Assembly (NCBI GenBank): GCA_030059665.1
Contig: JANVYR010000001.1
Span: 128,001 to 192,000 of the forward strand
Direction of reading: 5' to 3'
Length of the DNA: 64,000 nucleotides
Source: Candidatus Calditenuis fumarioli
GTDB taxonomy: Archaea > Thermoproteota > Nitrososphaeria_A > Caldarchaeales > Calditenuaceae
Below the pieces are notes generated by a model, which did not search any database, was not told where the DNA came from, and was given only the letters and a program-made list of their open reading frames with translations. Position numbers and translations under genes: made by a program. The first letter of the stretch is position 1, and each line of letters opens with the position of its first letter. Positions 1 through 9,625 of this stretch are shown one piece after another.

Positions 1-340
1 GGACCAGCTCCGCCTTGAAGATCCCGTTGGCAACCCTGACGGGCCTCGTGAAGTTGACGGGCCTCAATCCGTCGGTGACGACGACGTACGCCGTGACCTC
101 CGCGGGCCTCCCCTGAAGGTCGCTGATCACCGCGGTCACCCGGAACCTCTCACCCGCCTTCGGCTCGTTGGGCTCCAGGAGGACCTGCACCCTGTACTCT
201 CCCACCTGCCTCGCGACGCAGACGAGCTGGCTGAACTCGTAGACCCTGAAGTCTGGCGGGCTGTAATTCTCGGCCGCGAGCGATGGCTGGAGCGCAACCG
301 CAGTTATCAGCAGGGCAACTGCTAGCGCCCGGTGGTTCAT
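1..340 (-). CDS. Exported protein, 3' end runs off the window (possible YtkA/FixH-like partner of SCO)
   Basis: Manual translation MNHRALAVALLITAVALQPSLAAENYSPP... gives a signal peptide followed by a beta-rich domain. ATG (338-340) overlaps the SCO stop as ATGA. Confidence 0.7.
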   Translation of the reverse strand, partial: MNHRALAVALLITAVALQPSLAAENYSPPDFRVYEFSQLVCVARQVGEYRVQVLLEPNEPKAGERFRVTAVISDLQGRPAEVTAYVVVTDGLRPVNFTRPVRVANGIFKAELV

Positions 341-1011
341 TGCGAGATCAGCCATCGGGCCGCATCGACGTACTCCTTTTCATCCATTTCCGGCGTCAGC
401 GCGAGCCTCAGACTGTGGCCCCTGTCGGCACCGAGCACCCAGGAGAAGTGGCTGACGAAGTACCTCGTTCCGGGTGGGAGCTCCTCCGGGTTGACCGGGT
501 TGCCCTTCTCGTCGGTGTAGTACACGGGCACCTTGTACTCCGCGATGATTTGGAAGATCTTCTCCTTCGGACCGGTGAGGGCTATGATCCTCGGATCGAA
601 GTACCTGTTCACCCAGTCCCTCAGGGCCTCTGGCGTGTCGCGCCACGGGTCGACAGATACGAAGACGAAGGCTATCTTGTCGGCGTCAGCACCCAGCGCG
701 TTCAAGGTCTTGGTGAACTTCTGCAGGACCACCGGGCAGACGTCGGGACAGTTGGTGTAACCGAAGTAGATCAGGACCGCCTTCCCCTTCACCATGTCCA
801 GATTGAAGGGCCTGCCGTACTGGTCCGTCAGCTCCAGCGGCGGAAGCGTTCCGCCCTCCAGCTTTATGGTCGGCTGATATTTGGAACCGGCTCCGGAGAT
901 CGACGGGATCCCGTAATTCCAGATCACAAGCCCGACGACCAGGCCCACAACTACCGCCAGGAAACCCCAGAGGTACGTCTTGGAGAGGCCCTTGGTCTTG
1001 AGGGCAGCCAT
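337..1011 (-). CDS. SCO1/SenC family copper chaperone
   Basis: N-terminal TM helix, FGYTNCPDVCP (CxxxC) motif and downstream His (FVSHFS). Start placed at ATG 1011 (MAALK). Confidence 0.92.
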   Translation of the reverse strand: MAALKTKGLSKTYLWGFLAVVVGLVVGLVIWNYGIPSISGAGSKYQPTIKLEGGTLPPLELTDQYGRPFNLDMVKGKAVLIYFGYTNCPDVCPVVLQKFTKTLNALGADADKIAFVFVSVDPWRDTPEALRDWVNRYFDPRIIALTGPKEKIFQIIAEYKVPVYYTDEKGNPVNPEELPPGTRYFVSHFSWVLGADRGHSLRLALTPEMDEKEYVDAARWLISQ

Positions 1012-1048
1012 CTGAGTCTCAATCGACTGCGGAGTTGTTAACGATAAC

Positions 1049-1582
1049 TCAGCTACCCTGAGGTGCCTGCCCACTGCGCTCAGAGATGAGCCTCAGGACG
1101 AGGTCCACCGCCTCCCTCGGCGTCTCTGCAGCGTGGACCAGCACCGTTCTCCGCTGGTCGAGATATCTCCCCGCGTACTCGTCCGCAACGCCCCCGGAAC
1201 CCTTCAGCGCCACGATGGGTTTGCCCTCTATGTAGGCGGCTGCGATCTCGGAGAGCGTGCCCGCCCCTCCGCCGACGACGATGACCCCATCGGCCGAGTA
1301 GACGTTGACGAAGTTCCGGAGGTGCCCGATCCCCGTCGCCACTACCACGGTGCTGTATGGGTTGGCCTGGCTCGCGTCCTTCTGCGGTATGATCGAGACC
1401 GTGATCCCTCCGGCCTCGTAGGCTCCCTTGCTCGCCGCCTCCATCACGCCGCCGAGCCCTCCTGTTATCAGCACAGCGCCCCTCAGGGCCACCTCCCTGC
1501 CCACCTCGTACGCGAGCCTCCAGGCCCTCTCGTCGCAGGCGTCGCGGTTGTAACCGATCACCAGTATCTGCTTCCTCCTCAT
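1049..1582 (-). CDS. TIGR00725/LOG (SLOG) family Rossmann-fold protein
   Basis: ITGGLGGVMEAASKGA, RN..NV, GGGAGTLSEI motifs. Confidence 0.88.
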   Translation of the reverse strand: MRRKQILVIGYNRDACDERAWRLAYEVGREVALRGAVLITGGLGGVMEAASKGAYEAGGITVSIIPQKDASQANPYSTVVVATGIGHLRNFVNVYSADGVIVVGGGAGTLSEIAAAYIEGKPIVALKGSGGVADEYAGRYLDQRRTVLVHAAETPREAVDLVLRLISERSGQAPQGS

Positions 1583-1688
1583 CCCGGTCCGCGGATCCCT
1601 GACCCGGAGAAAAATGCAACCCGGTCGGCCGCCATGGGAGCGCGGCTCACGACAACTACATATCCGTGCCGGGATCCCATACGTCCGG

Positions 1689-2126
1689 ATGCCAACGAGG
1701 TTCAGGAAGGTGAGGAAGCGCAGGGGATCGCGGACGTACGGCTGGGGTCAGATAGGGCAGCACAGGAAGCACGGCGCGAAGGGAGGGCGCGGCAACGCGG
1801 GGAAGCACAAGCACAAGTGGACCTACGTCATCAAGTACGAGCCGGACCACTTCGGCGAGAAGGGTTTCGTGCCGCCGACGCGGAGGGAGCTGAGGGAGAT
1901 CAACCTCACGGAGCTGTCTGCGATCGCGGAGCGCCTCTCCCGTGACCCCAACGCTCCGAGGGACGAGGAGGGGAGGCTCGTGGTGGACCTGAGGGGCCCG
2001 GAACCCGTCAAGCTCATCGGCTCGGGCGTCCTCCACGTCTCAGGCCTGAAGGTGATCGCCGACTCCTGGAGCAAGGGCGCGGAGGAGAAGCTGAGGGCAG
2101 CGGGATCTGTCGTCTCGGTGAGGTAG
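1689..2126 (+). CDS. rpl15: 50S ribosomal protein uL15
   Basis: RKVRKRRGSRTYGWG...GGRGNAG, HFGEKGF, KLIGSG; directly upstream of secY. Confidence 0.96.
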   Translation: MPTRFRKVRKRRGSRTYGWGQIGQHRKHGAKGGRGNAGKHKHKWTYVIKYEPDHFGEKGFVPPTRRELREINLTELSAIAERLSRDPNAPRDEEGRLVVDLRGPEPVKLIGSGVLHVSGLKVIADSWSKGAEEKLRAAGSVVSVR

Positions 2127-2129
2127 GGC

Positions 2130-3569
2130 TTGTCGGAGGAGAAGGGCGGGCTGAGGAGGATCGTCGAGGCGCTGACCTATGCGATCCCCGAGATCAAGAA
2201 GCCGACGAGGAAGCTCGGGCTCGGCGAGAAGCTGCTCTGGACCGCTCTGGTGCTGATCGTCTACGAGTCGATGGCCTCCGTCACCCTCTACGGCCTCCCC
2301 CGTGAGTTCACCGGCGGCACCAGTCCAACGCTGCTCAACATCATCTTCGCATCCAGCGTCGGGACGCTGACGACCCTCGGGATAGGGCCGATCGTCACGG
2401 CAGGTCTGATACTCCAGCTGCTGGTGGGAGCGGAGATCATCAGGCTCGACCTGAAGAAGCCCGAGGACAGGAGGCTCTTCACGTCCGCGAGCAGGCTCCT
2501 GACCGTCGTGATAGCGCTCTTCCAAGGAGCGGTCTACGTCTACGCGGGCTTCTTCGGCAACGTGAGCCCCAACGTAGCCCCACTGCTCTTCGTCCAGCTG
2601 GTGGCTGCCACCGTGATAATCATGCTGCTGGACGAGACGGTCCAGAAATGGGGCCTCGGGAGCGGGATATCGCTCTTCATCGCAGCCGGGGTCGCGAGCC
2701 AGATCTTCAACGACCTCTTCTCGCCCTTCGTCCTCCAGGACGGTTTCTACCACGGAGTGATCCTCGCGATGGGTCAGGCGATAGCGGAGGGGAAGCCGCT
2801 TAGCGACGTCTTCATCAGGCAGGTCGGAGGCAGGGGCGACATACTCGGGCTGATATCGACCGTCGCGATCATAGCGCTGCTGCTCTACGCGGAGGGCGTC
2901 CGGGTCGAGATACCGGTCTCGCACGCGAGGTTCGCGGGATACAGGGGGACCTACCCGGTGAAGCTACTCTACGTCTCGAACGTCCCCGTCATCCTCGCCT
3001 CCACCGTCTTCACGAACATCTACTACCTCTCATCGATCGTCTGGTCGAGGTTCAACCCGGACAACTCCAACCAGATCCTGAACCTGCTCGGGACCTTCCG
3101 GATCGACGAGACGCACAGGACTCCAGTTCCCACCGGCGGACTAGCGTACTACGTGATCGGCCCCAACTCGTTCACCGACGCGGTGGCGGACCCGGTGAGG
3201 GCCGCGGTCTTCGCGGTGCTGATGGTGGGCTTCTGCGTCCTCCTCGGCAAGTTCTGGATCTCCGTCGCAGGCCTCGCACCGGAGCGGATAGCGGACCAGC
3301 TGATCAGCGCTGGGATGCAGGTCCCGGGCTTCAGGAGGGCACCCGAGATAGTCGCCTCCATCATCAGGAGGTACATCGACGTGGTCACCATCATCGGATC
3401 GGTCATCGTAGGTCTGCTGGCAAGCGTGGCGGGGTACGTCAACGCCTTCGGCACCGGAACCGGCCTGCTCCTGATGATCGGCATCCTTTACCAGTACTAC
3501 ACGCTGCTCCTGAGGGAGAGGATCGTCGAGATGTACCCGGCGATATCGAGGGTTCTGGGTGAGGCCTGA
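2130..3569 (+). CDS. secY: Preprotein translocase SecY/Sec61alpha
   Basis: LGIGPIVTAGLILQLL, GLGSGISLFI, YVSNVPVIL, GTGTGLLL; about 10 TM helices. Confidence 0.98.
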   Translation: MSEEKGGLRRIVEALTYAIPEIKKPTRKLGLGEKLLWTALVLIVYESMASVTLYGLPREFTGGTSPTLLNIIFASSVGTLTTLGIGPIVTAGLILQLLVGAEIIRLDLKKPEDRRLFTSASRLLTVVIALFQGAVYVYAGFFGNVSPNVAPLLFVQLVAATVIIMLLDETVQKWGLGSGISLFIAAGVASQIFNDLFSPFVLQDGFYHGVILAMGQAIAEGKPLSDVFIRQVGGRGDILGLISTVAIIALLLYAEGVRVEIPVSHARFAGYRGTYPVKLLYVSNVPVILASTVFTNIYYLSSIVWSRFNPDNSNQILNLLGTFRIDETHRTPVPTGGLAYYVIGPNSFTDAVADPVRAAVFAVLMVGFCVLLGKFWISVAGLAPERIADQLISAGMQVPGFRRAPEIVASIIRRYIDVVTIIGSVIVGLLASVAGYVNAFGTGTGLLLMIGILYQYYTLLLRERIVEMYPAISRVLGEA

Positions 3570-4081
3570 TGCCGATTGCTCCGCAGGCGATCGAGATAAT
3601 GGCCCTGACAGCGGCGCTCTCACTGGCGACGGCCCTCCTGAGGCGCATGGTCTTCACCCGGGAGGACATGCTCCTGATGGCGGAGGTTCAGGAGTACCAT
3701 AGGGAGGTGCTGAAGGCGGTGAGGGAGAAGGACCCGAAGGCCCTCCAGCGCCTGGAGAAGAGGAAGGAGTACTACCAGCGGGTCCAGGCGAGGCTGATGG
3801 GGAAGAACGTGATGCTGATGTTCGCGACGCTCGCCATTTACTTGGGCTTCCTGAGCTGGGCGACGGCCCACTACGGAACCGGTCCCATCCTGAGGGCACC
3901 TCCGGGCTTCTACCTGCCCTTCGTCGTGCACGGGGACGGCATACCTTTCTTCGGCTGGTACATACTCTCGGCCTTCGCCTTCGGTACCCTGCTGAATAGG
4001 GTTATCAATCCGCCGGTCCAGACCTCCCGAAGGCAGCCAGCTCGGGGTGAGAGGGTTGCCGAGCAGAAGGCTGAGGGTTAG
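3569..4081 (+). CDS. DUF106 / EMC3-TMCO1-like (Oxa1 superfamily) membrane protein
   Basis: TM-coiled coil-TM-TM layout, FFGWYILSAF motif, conserved position after secY. Confidence 0.85.
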   Translation: MPIAPQAIEIMALTAALSLATALLRRMVFTREDMLLMAEVQEYHREVLKAVREKDPKALQRLEKRKEYYQRVQARLMGKNVMLMFATLAIYLGFLSWATAHYGTGPILRAPPGFYLPFVVHGDGIPFFGWYILSAFAFGTLLNRVINPPVQTSRRQPARGERVAEQKAEG

Positions 4082-4340
4082 GAAGGGGATCAGGCGCGTC
4101 TTCGTCAGGACGCCCGGCGGCAGGACCGTCGTCCACTACGAGGACAAGAGGCCCAACTTCAGGCGATGCGCCGTCTGCGGAGAGGTGCTCCACGGCATCA
4201 GGCGCGACGACGAGCGGCCCCTTCCCAAGTCGCAGAAGAGGGTGAGCCGCTACCACGGCGGCAACGTCTGCCACCGCTGCCTCGAATCCAGGATAAGGGA
4301 AGTCGTGATGGCCGAGTGGGCCGCTCAGACGTCGAAGTAG
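4056..4340 (+). CDS. rpl34e: 50S ribosomal protein eL34
   Basis: RTPGGRTVVHY, CAVC...CHRC zinc finger, SQKRVSRYHGG; TTG start preceded by GGGGTGA SD. Confidence 0.95.
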   Translation: MPSRRLRVRKGIRRVFVRTPGGRTVVHYEDKRPNFRRCAVCGEVLHGIRRDDERPLPKSQKRVSRYHGGNVCHRCLESRIREVVMAEWAAQTSK

Positions 4341-4912
4341 TACCTGACCGCCGTGAGGACGAGCCTCAGCACCTCCTCCTTCCCCAGCCTCGTCGAGTCC
4401 AGCACCAGGTGGAAGGGGCTGAGGTCTTCCCCCCATCGTATCCCGTAAAGGCGCTGGTACAGCTCCCTGTTCCGGGCCTCTCGCTCCGTCAGTACCCTCA
4501 GCGCCTCCTCGTAAGCGAAGCGACCCCTCTTGGCGAGACGCCTCGCCCTCGTCTCGAGCTCGGCCTTAAGCCAGATCTTGAAGCCGTCCTGCACGAGCCA
4601 AGGTATCACCCATCCGTCGATGACCGCGGGCCCCTCCCTCGCTATCTGGATCAGCTCCTCATCGACCTTCCTGTCGAACTCGAAGTTCTCCTCCCGCATC
4701 CTGAGGAACCTCATCCCCTCCTCCGTGTCCCACCACTTCCTCCCCTTCGCGTTGAAGCCCATCTTCCTCGCCAGCCTCATCAGCGCGTCCCCTCCCGAGT
4801 AGTACGGGATACCGAGGCGTCTGGCCAAGGCCCGTCCTAGCGTGCTCTTCCCCGTCGCCGCCTGCCCGGAGATCAGCACCAGCAACCTCTCCCTCCTCGA
4901 TCCCACGACCAA
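4325..4912 (-). CDS. cmk: Archaeal-type cytidylate kinase
   Basis: ISGQAATGKST P-loop, DRKVD, KIWLKA..ETRARR, YQRLYGI, DLVLDS-like C-terminus. Confidence 0.88.
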   Translation of the reverse strand: MVVGSRRERLLVLISGQAATGKSTLGRALARRLGIPYYSGGDALMRLARKMGFNAKGRKWWDTEEGMRFLRMREENFEFDRKVDEELIQIAREGPAVIDGWVIPWLVQDGFKIWLKAELETRARRLAKRGRFAYEEALRVLTEREARNRELYQRLYGIRWGEDLSPFHLVLDSTRLGKEEVLRLVLTAVRYYFDV

Positions 4913-4978
4913 CCCTCCTCGGGCCGGTGTTCAGGTCGTCGGCAAAATAGACTTAGCAGCCCACCAGCAACCTCTCCC
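4877..4978. repeat. 17-bp perfect direct repeat CACCAGCAACCTCTCCC at 4877-4893 and 4962-4978
   Basis: Read directly from the sequence; one copy in the cmk 5' coding region, one upstream. Confidence 0.9.
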
Positions 4979-5041
4979 GGTCTTCCGTCCCTTTGAATCC
5001 GTGACGGTCGCGACCTGCCTGTGAGGCGCGCGTAATCTGGA

Positions 5042-5317
5042 TCAGATCTCCAGGCCGAAGGCCCTCACAAGCCTATCGAAGCGCTGGAACTCCTCGACGA
5101 ACCGCACGCCCTTGTCGGTCACGTGGAAGAGCGTGGGGTCGTTCTGGTGACGGCCCAGAAGGCCCTTCGCGACGAGCTCCTCGAGGTAGCGCTGGAGCCT
5201 GTCGTAGGGGAGGTTAGCGTCCCGCATGATCGTGGTGATCCTCGCGTGCCCTTCGCTCATCACCGCGTTCAGGATGTCGTAGTAGATCCTCACCCGCGAG
5301 CGGTAGGCCCTCCTCAA
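5042..5317 (-). CDS. Small winged-helix DNA-binding protein
   Basis: RSRVRIYYDIL...ITTIMRDANL..DRLQRYLEELVAKGLL...FHVTDKG wHTH signature. Confidence 0.88.
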   Translation of the reverse strand: MRRAYRSRVRIYYDILNAVMSEGHARITTIMRDANLPYDRLQRYLEELVAKGLLGRHQNDPTLFHVTDKGVRFVEEFQRFDRLVRAFGLEI

Positions 5318-5946
5318 CCCCTCATCGCCTCGAGGGCACCGAAGAGGATGAGGAGGAGTGAGAGGAGCTGGACCGCGTGGCCGGCGAAGTACAGGATGAA
5401 GTTGAGCGGCGTGAGCGCGAAGAGGAGGTGGCTCGCGAGCAGCGCCCAGAACCCTAATGCGACGCTCCCGGAGCCCTTGGAATTGGTCCTCTTCCAGTTG
5501 CCGGTGGACGCGGCGACCACGTAGGCCAGCAGGACCACCGACATCAGCTCGAAGGCCGGGTTGTAGATGAGCAGGACCGGAGGTGGAACAACCGCCAGCT
5601 CCGTTGGCGCCCTCGGAGCCTGATAGAGGACGTATGCGAGCACGAAGAGGAGATAGGCAGTGAGCCTGACGAAGGAGTACAGAAGCTCCACCTGGAAGAG
5701 GTACGGCATAAGGGTCCTGCTGAGGTCCCGGCCGAAGAACCCGAACAGGGATGCGCCGACGATCAGGGCCCTGACGAGCATCGCACCGCCCATCAGCCCG
5801 AACCCCGCGCTGAGCATGGCGAAGACCCTGGAGCCGAGGTTCAGGTGAGCTCGTAGGAAGCTGAGGGAGATGAAGGCGCAGATCGCGAAGCTGATGAGCT
5901 CAAGCACCACGTCTATCCTGATAACGCTGAAAAGGATCCCGATCAT
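5314..5946 (-). CDS. Polytopic membrane protein (about 6-7 TM), unknown function
   Basis: Successive hydrophobic segments; stop overlaps the start of the wHTH gene. Confidence 0.8.
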   Translation of the reverse strand: MIGILFSVIRIDVVLELISFAICAFISLSFLRAHLNLGSRVFAMLSAGFGLMGGAMLVRALIVGASLFGFFGRDLSRTLMPYLFQVELLYSFVRLTAYLLFVLAYVLYQAPRAPTELAVVPPPVLLIYNPAFELMSVVLLAYVVAASTGNWKRTNSKGSGSVALGFWALLASHLLFALTPLNFILYFAGHAVQLLSLLLILFGALEAMRG

Positions 5947-6000
5947 CGGGTCGCAGGAGCACGGGTCGTTATAATGGTTTGACGTCTGCGCTGAGCGTTA

Positions 6001-6020
6001 GGAAAAAAGGAAAAAAACGG
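6001..6020 (-). terminator. Oligo-T archaeal terminator after the 6044..6553 gene
   Basis: Minus strand reads TTTTTTTCCTTTTTT about 25 nt after the stop, in otherwise GC-rich DNA. Confidence 0.7.
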
Positions 6021-6043
6021 TTTGCGGGGTTGTACCTGTGGTT

Positions 6044-6553
6044 TCAGGCGGTCGTCTGCTGCTGTGTGGATGGTGTCGACGGTGGCACGCGAGCCCCTCC
6101 CCAAGACGATGCGACCAGGCCGGTGTCGAGGTCCCTGATCTGCTGCACGATCACGGACGTCCTCGAGGACCCATTCGGCAGCGTAACCGTCACCCTCAGC
6201 GCGTCGACCTCGATCCTGTCGCCCTTGCGCAGCTTGCCGTCGAAGACGAGCTTGACGAGGCTCACGAACCGGTTCTCGACCACGAGGACGTTCGGTACCG
6301 AGAGCTTCACCTCGCCCTGCTGGGTGCTCAGGACCATCAGGCCCAGATCGAGGTCCGACAAAGTGCCGGTATACTGGACCTGCTCCTGGGTGACCGTCGC
6401 GTTCCTCCACCATCCTCCCCTTCCTCCGAATCCCCTGCCGCCGTGGACGAAGACCGTCTCGGCGTACCCAGCCATCGCCGGAAGTAGCGCTGCGATCATC
6501 AGCACTCCCACCGCGCCTAACGCAACTCCGACCAGCAGGCTCTTCCGGACCAT
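6044..6553 (-). CDS. Exported hypothetical protein
   Basis: N-terminal signal/TM, Gly/Arg-rich segment HGGRGFGGRGGWW, beta-rich body, own terminator. Confidence 0.75.
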   Translation of the reverse strand: MVRKSLLVGVALGAVGVLMIAALLPAMAGYAETVFVHGGRGFGGRGGWWRNATVTQEQVQYTGTLSDLDLGLMVLSTQQGEVKLSVPNVLVVENRFVSLVKLVFDGKLRKGDRIEVDALRVTVTLPNGSSRTSVIVQQIRDLDTGLVASSWGGARVPPSTPSTQQQTTA

Positions 6554-6603
6554 CTCGTACCTCCGATGTCTGATCCTCGCTTAAAACGTGGTGAACGAAT
6601 CGT

Positions 6604-7200
6604 CTATGGACCCTTCCACCAGAAGCTGTCGATCGTGATCTGCTGCGCCACGGGACTCTCCAGCGCCGCCGCGATCGCATCCGCCAGCCTCCTGAGGTCG
6701 AGGCCGGCGAGCTCCTCGAGCCCCGATGTCTCCAGCGCCCTCAGCGCCCTCCTCAGAACTCTCCTGTAACCCGTCTCGTCGCCCCGCTGGAGCTTGACGT
6801 GGGCCGCCGCGAAGAGGATCAGGCCGTTCAGCGCTGCCTTCTCCCTCCCCTGGGCAGTCCTCCAGACGCCCTCCAGCACCTCGTGGGCCTCCCAGTACCT
6901 GTTCTGACCGATCAGCTCGACTGCCTCCCTCACAGCCTCGGCGATCGACCCTGCAGATTTCTCGCCGACCTGTACCGCGTACTCCACCTCCGAGAGCGTC
7001 GAGAGGCGCCTCCGGACCGCCTCCACGTCAACCGCCATCAGGTCCACCTCGAGCCTCCTCGGGCCGATCCTGACGTCTATCACCTGCTCGGAGATCCCCC
7101 TCAGGAGCTCCCTGACCTCCTTCAGGAGCTCGTTGTGCTGGGATGGATCGACGCCCCAGTTCCTGAGGGCGACGATGAACCTGCGCGCGGGAGAGGCCAT
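6604..7200 (-). CDS. DUF309 domain protein with N-terminal extension
   Basis: RYWEAHEVLEGVW...GLILFAAAHVK signature. Confidence 0.88.
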   Translation of the reverse strand: MASPARRFIVALRNWGVDPSQHNELLKEVRELLRGISEQVIDVRIGPRRLEVDLMAVDVEAVRRRLSTLSEVEYAVQVGEKSAGSIAEAVREAVELIGQNRYWEAHEVLEGVWRTAQGREKAALNGLILFAAAHVKLQRGDETGYRRVLRRALRALETSGLEELAGLDLRRLADAIAAALESPVAQQITIDSFWWKGP

Positions 7201-7225
7201 CGCCAGGGAGAGCGCTTGAAACCGC

Positions 7226-7777
7226 TCAGGGCTCGAAGGGCTGGAGGACCTGGCCCACGGGCTTGACGCCCCTCCTGAGAAGCCGCTTCACCACCCTCCT
7301 CCGCAGCGGGTCCGGTATCCTCAGCTGCCTGTCGTTGTAGACGGAGGGATGGTACGGGTCTATTGCGATCACCTCGAACCAGTAGTACATGCTGTCGTAC
7401 GTCAGAGGATAGCCGCCGATGACGTGGAGGTTCGGGTGCTCCTTCCTGACCCTGTTGATGGCCTCCTCCAGCATGGTGACGTTGACCTTGTGCTTCACGA
7501 CTCCGAGCGCCTTCGGCCTCCTGCCCGAGTCGGGCCTCGGCTTTGCGAACCCTCCCCTCCTCACCCTAACCCTGAAGACGACGAAGCCCTGCTTCGCCCT
7601 GTAGCCTATCTGCCTGGCCCTGTCCAGCCGGAGCGGCTTCTCGACCCTGACGACCGCGGGCTCCCGCCGCCACCTGATCCTCCTCTCCCTCAGCAGCTTG
7701 ATCAGCTCATCGGGCTTCTCGCGCCAAAGCTGGTTGAGCCTCGCGTATGCTCCGGGCATCTCCTTTTCCCGTCTCAC
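7226..7777 (-). CDS. rpl15e: 50S ribosomal protein eL15
   Basis: WRREPAVVRVEKPLRLDRARQIGYRAKQG, YYWFEVIAIDPYHP. Confidence 0.97.
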   Translation of the reverse strand: MRREKEMPGAYARLNQLWREKPDELIKLLRERRIRWRREPAVVRVEKPLRLDRARQIGYRAKQGFVVFRVRVRRGGFAKPRPDSGRRPKALGVVKHKVNVTMLEEAINRVRKEHPNLHVIGGYPLTYDSMYYWFEVIAIDPYHPSVYNDRQLRIPDPLRRRVVKRLLRRGVKPVGQVLQPFEP

Positions 7778-7804
7778 CGCTCAGAACCGCCTAAAGAACG
7801 TCCC

Positions 7805-9520
7805 TCACAGCAGCAGGGGAATCAGCGCGGATAGGGCCATCAGCAGCAGGTAGATCGCGATCGACCTCCTCATCAGGGCCGCGAACTTCTCCATCGCCCG
7901 CTCCCCGAGGACCGGAACCTCCCTGTGTTTCACCTCGACCACCGAGACCTCGGCACGCTCCAGCCCCGCGAGTGCGGCCGCGGACAGCTGCCGGAAGACC
8001 TCGGCCACCTCCTTCGCGCTCACCCCCTCGCCGACCGGCCTGTAACCACGGCCTCCGAGCCTGACGCCGTTGACCGCGTGCGTGTCGGTCGTCAGCAGCT
8101 CCGCGAAGTCCCATCCGTCCCCCTTCAGGACGCCGAGGACCTCATCCCTGACGTGGGGGAGGGCGTTGTTCCCGTCGACCACGGCCAGAGCCATCTTCTT
8201 GCCGCCGACCTCGATTCCTAGCAGCGCGAGCCCTGATGGGCCGATGCCGTCGTGGGGGCCGTACTCCTCCGGGATCTTCCTGACCAGTGCCACCCTCACG
8301 GGCCCCTTCACCCTCTCGGATCCGAGCAGCTCGCCGATCGCCCTAGCAATCCTCCGCAGCTCGCCCTCTCCGAGGCCGTCGTAGCCGTCGTGGTACGAGT
8401 TGTGTGGGTCGATCACCCTGATTCTACCCTGCGGGAAGAGGCGCTCCAGCTCCGGAGGTATGTCCTCCATCGGCTCCGGGTTCAGCGTCGGCACCACGAG
8501 GGTCAGGCCGTCGGCCTCCAGACCCATCACCTTGACGCCCTCCACCTCCCGCTGCGGCAAAAGGGAGAGCGTAGCCGACCTAACGCCTGCTGGCACTTCG
8601 CTCAGGGCCTCAGCCACCTCGACCGCCACCCTCCGCACCTCGCTGCCGTCGAAGAGGTCCGCTCCATGACCCGAGCAGCCCTTCACGACGAGGCCGTCGA
8701 CGCCGCGCCGAGACAGCTCCAGCTCGATCAGGTAGTTCATCATCGAGCTCCCGACGTTCCTGAAAGGTCCGAAGTGGAAGCCCGTCACCAGGAGAGCGAC
8801 CCTCCTTCCGGAGGCGCAGTCGAAGAGGAGCGCTGTGGTGGTGAACTCTTTCCGCTCCATGAGGGGCCTCAGCTCCCGCTCGAGCGATTCGGCCCGTCCT
8901 CCGAGGATCACGCCGACGAACCCCGCCGCGAGCCTGATCGGCGATAGCCCCTCCGGTCCCAGCGAGAGCAGGATCACCGAGAGCGCGGAGAGCGAGAGAC
9001 CCCAGAGGATCGACGCGATGACGGGCAGGGCAAGCTCCTCCCGCACGAGTCCCAGAGGGGCCCTCACCAGTGACCCTGTGACGCCAGCCACGACCCCCTT
9101 CCACCTCCTGGAGTCGAAGGTCGCAAGGACCGTGGTCCTCACGTAGGCCGCGAGCGAGAGCGATGCGAGGAGGGCACCGTAGGCGATTCGTGGTGTGCCC
9201 AGCACGAGTGCTGCCAGCGCGCCGATCACCGAGCCAGCGAGAATGAAGTAGTTCTCGAGCAGTGTCATCATGTTCAGCCTCCTGACGGTGGCCACGTCCG
9301 AGCCGCGGAAAGCCGTCACCGAAGCGAGCAGGTTGAGCGCGATCGGCCCGATTCCCAGGGAGAGGACCCAGAGGAGGGCCTGCTGTGGAGGGAGACTGCC
9401 CTGACCGAGCACGGCGCCAACCAGCGCAGCCGTCAGCAGGATCAGGACCGGTGCGAGGCGCGAGCCGGGAGGCCTGAAGAGGTACCTGTACTTGGCTGCG
9501 ATCCGAGAGGTGGCATCCAA
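7805..9520 (-). CDS. DUF2070 family membrane protein
   Basis: N-terminal TM bundle, HFGPFRNVGSS, IDPHNS, VVDGNN, TTDTH motifs. Confidence 0.88.
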   Translation of the reverse strand: MDATSRIAAKYRYLFRPPGSRLAPVLILLTAALVGAVLGQGSLPPQQALLWVLSLGIGPIALNLLASVTAFRGSDVATVRRLNMMTLLENYFILAGSVIGALAALVLGTPRIAYGALLASLSLAAYVRTTVLATFDSRRWKGVVAGVTGSLVRAPLGLVREELALPVIASILWGLSLSALSVILLSLGPEGLSPIRLAAGFVGVILGGRAESLERELRPLMERKEFTTTALLFDCASGRRVALLVTGFHFGPFRNVGSSMMNYLIELELSRRGVDGLVVKGCSGHGADLFDGSEVRRVAVEVAEALSEVPAGVRSATLSLLPQREVEGVKVMGLEADGLTLVVPTLNPEPMEDIPPELERLFPQGRIRVIDPHNSYHDGYDGLGEGELRRIARAIGELLGSERVKGPVRVALVRKIPEEYGPHDGIGPSGLALLGIEVGGKKMALAVVDGNNALPHVRDEVLGVLKGDGWDFAELLTTDTHAVNGVRLGGRGYRPVGEGVSAKEVAEVFRQLSAAALAGLERAEVSVVEVKHREVPVLGERAMEKFAALMRRSIAIYLLLMALSALIPLLL

Positions 9521-9625
9521 CCCGATGTGCCACCGGCAGGTCCGATAATAACTGCATCTTGAGGGGAAGAGCAGAGGAACCTTTGGCGTAAGGCGATCGG
9601 ATGCGAAACCGCTCCGCAGCTGCCT

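Noticed and set aside
9522-9545. C/D-like half motif CCGATGT-GCCACCGGCAGGT-CCGA with an 8-nt match to the 16S 5' end
   Set aside because: No second C'/D unit was found, and it overlaps the DUF2070 start and promoter.
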